Of a DNA stretch of 64,000 bases, positions 62,888 to 64,000 are shown piece by piece. The notes below the pieces were generated by a model. It was not told where the DNA came from. It saw only the letters and a program-made list of their open reading frames with translations, and did no database searches. This DNA is from Candidatus Omnitrophota bacterium (lineage in GTDB: Bacteria > Omnitrophota > Gorgyraeia > Gygaellales > Profunditerraquicolaceae): NCBI GenBank assembly GCA_042577285.1, contig JBHPDM010000002.1:6917-70916 (forward strand), given 5' to 3'. The translations under genes and the position numbers were made by a program. Numbering within the stretch: the stretch's first letter is position 1; every line of letters begins with the position of its first letter.

Positions 62888-64000
62888 AAAAGAAGATAAA
62901 GAAAGGTCGGGCTAAGGCAGCGTCGAAAGTAAGGGCCGCGCCGCCTGTCAAGGCCAGACAGCCCGGCGGGACGTCCGTAAGGCCTGACAAGGAGAAGGCC
63001 TATGATGCCACCACGATCCAGGTATTAGAGGGGATTGAGGCGGTAAGGCTCAGGCCTGCGATGTACATCGGTGATACCTCTAACCGCGGCCTGCACCATC
63101 TGGTTTATGAGGTTGTAGATAATTCCATTGATGAGGCGCTTGCCGGCCACTGCGATAAGATCAGCGTAGTCGTGCACAACAACAACAGTGTCAGCGTGGC
63201 CGATAACGGCCGCGGGATCCCGGTAGATATTCACAAGACCGAGAAGAAGCCCGCGGTCGAGGTAGTCCTGACCACCCTGCATGCCGGAGGAAAGTTCGAT
63301 CATAAGGTCTACCGCGTCTCCGGCGGCCTGCACGGCGTGGGGGTGAGCGTAGTCAATGCGCTCTCCGACAGGCTGGAGGTGGAGGTAAAGCGCGAAGGCA
63401 AGACCTACCACCAGCGTTTTGAGCGCGGCAAGACCGTCTCAAAGCTTACCGTTGTCGGCAAGTCAGCCGCTACCGGCACCAAGATCACCTTTAAGCCTGA
63501 TAAGGAGATATTTAACAACATAAATTTTTCATACGATACTCTCTCCCAGCGCCTGAGGGAACTCGCCTTCCTGAACAAGGGGCTTGAGATCAACCTGCAG
63601 GATGAGAGGCAGGATAAGGAGGTAAAATTTCAGTTTTCCGGCGGGATCGTCTCTTTTGTAGAGTACCTGAATAAGGGCAAGAACACCCTGCATAAGAAGA
63701 TCATCCACTTTGAAAAGGAAAAAGAGAAGATCCAGATAGAGGCTGCGTTGCAATACAGCGATGCCTACGCTGAGAACATCTTCTCCTTTGCCAACAATAT
63801 AAATACCACCGAAGGGGGCACGCACCTTTCCGGCTTTAAGTCTGCGCTTACCCGCGCGATCAATCAGTACGCAAAGAGTAAGAATCTGCTCAAAAACGCC
63901 GGTAACATCACCGGCGATGATACGCGCGAGGGTATGACTGCGGTGATCTCGGTAAAAATTCCCAACCCGCAGTTTGAGGGCCAGACAAAGACAAAGCTTG
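62884..64000 (+). CDS. gyrB: DNA gyrase subunit B (5' part; continues past the window)
   Basis: My own translation contains [43 protein letters not shown] and GGLHGVG. The ATG at 62884 overlaps the DUF721 stop (ATGA). The protein has a Lys/Arg/Ala-rich N-terminal extension of about 40 aa. Confidence 0.9.
   Translation, partial: MKKKIKKGRAKAASKVRAAPPVKARQPGGTSVRPDKEKAYDATTIQVLEGIEAVRLRPAMYIGDTSNRGLHHLVYEVVDNSIDEALAGHCDKISVVVHNNNSVSVADNGRGIPVDIHKTEKKPAVEVVLTTLHAGGKFDHKVYRVSGGLHGVGVSVVNALSDRLEVEVKREGKTYHQRFERGKTVSKLTVVGKSAATGTKITFKPDKEIFNNINFSYDTLSQRLRELAFLNKGLEINLQDERQDKEVKFQFSGGIVSFVEYLNKGKNTLHKKIIHFEKEKEKIQIEAALQYSDAYAENIFSFANNINTTEGGTHLSGFKSALTRAINQYAKSKNLLKNAGNITGDDTREGMTAVISVKIPNPQFEGQTKTKL

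Noticed and set aside
63025-63825. Three minus-strand ORFs of 62-128 aa.
   Set aside because: They are antisense to the clearly conserved gyrB reading frame, which is missing from the ORF track only because it has no stop codon inside the window.

Overview
This 64-kb window looks like a compact chromosome segment from an uncultivated diderm bacterium, and it ends at the replication-origin region. There are three parts.

(1) 1-7778 is an accessory, mobile-element-like island that abuts the 3' end of tRNA-Asp. It carries an excisionase-type HTH gene, a RepA/AAA_25-like ATPase, a small Cys-rich protein and an RHH gene. Its cargo is a tightly coupled seven-gene operon headed by a McrB-N(DUF3578)-HNH nuclease, followed by orphan proteins that are mostly exported.

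(2) 7.8-59.8 kb is an unbroken run of more than 55 minus-strand genes:
- a seven-gene Bacteroidetes-type V-ATPase operon;
- a pyrimidine cluster (pyrR-pyrB-pyrC ... pyrK ... pyrD-pyrF) with a PyrR attenuator;
- mutM and an EndoQ-like gene;
- gltX, a four-subunit 2-oxoacid:ferredoxin oxidoreductase, dxs and xseAB;
- rny-ymdB, rarA and pheST;
- a Trk/Ktr potassium uptake system;
- thrS-infC-rpmI-rplT;
- a tRNA Cys-Leu-Val cluster;
- coaC, rpoZ, gmk, yicC, ndk, parAB, a Jag N-domain gene, yidC, yidD and rpmH.

(3) 59.8-64 kb runs on the plus strand: dnaA-dnaN-DUF721-gyrB.

The observations most worth follow-up are non-coding:
- a promoter-to-U-run structured transcript of about 185 nt between pheT and rarA;
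- a 94-bp palindromic MITE-like element present twice, each copy just upstream of a near-consensus promoter;
- a 111-nt double hairpin at 28.7 kb;
- conserved hairpin modules trailing the clustered tRNAs;
- heptanucleotide tandem repeats inside pyrK and pheS.

All functional calls come from recognising motifs in the translated ORFs and reading the sequence by eye. No database search or folding program was run.
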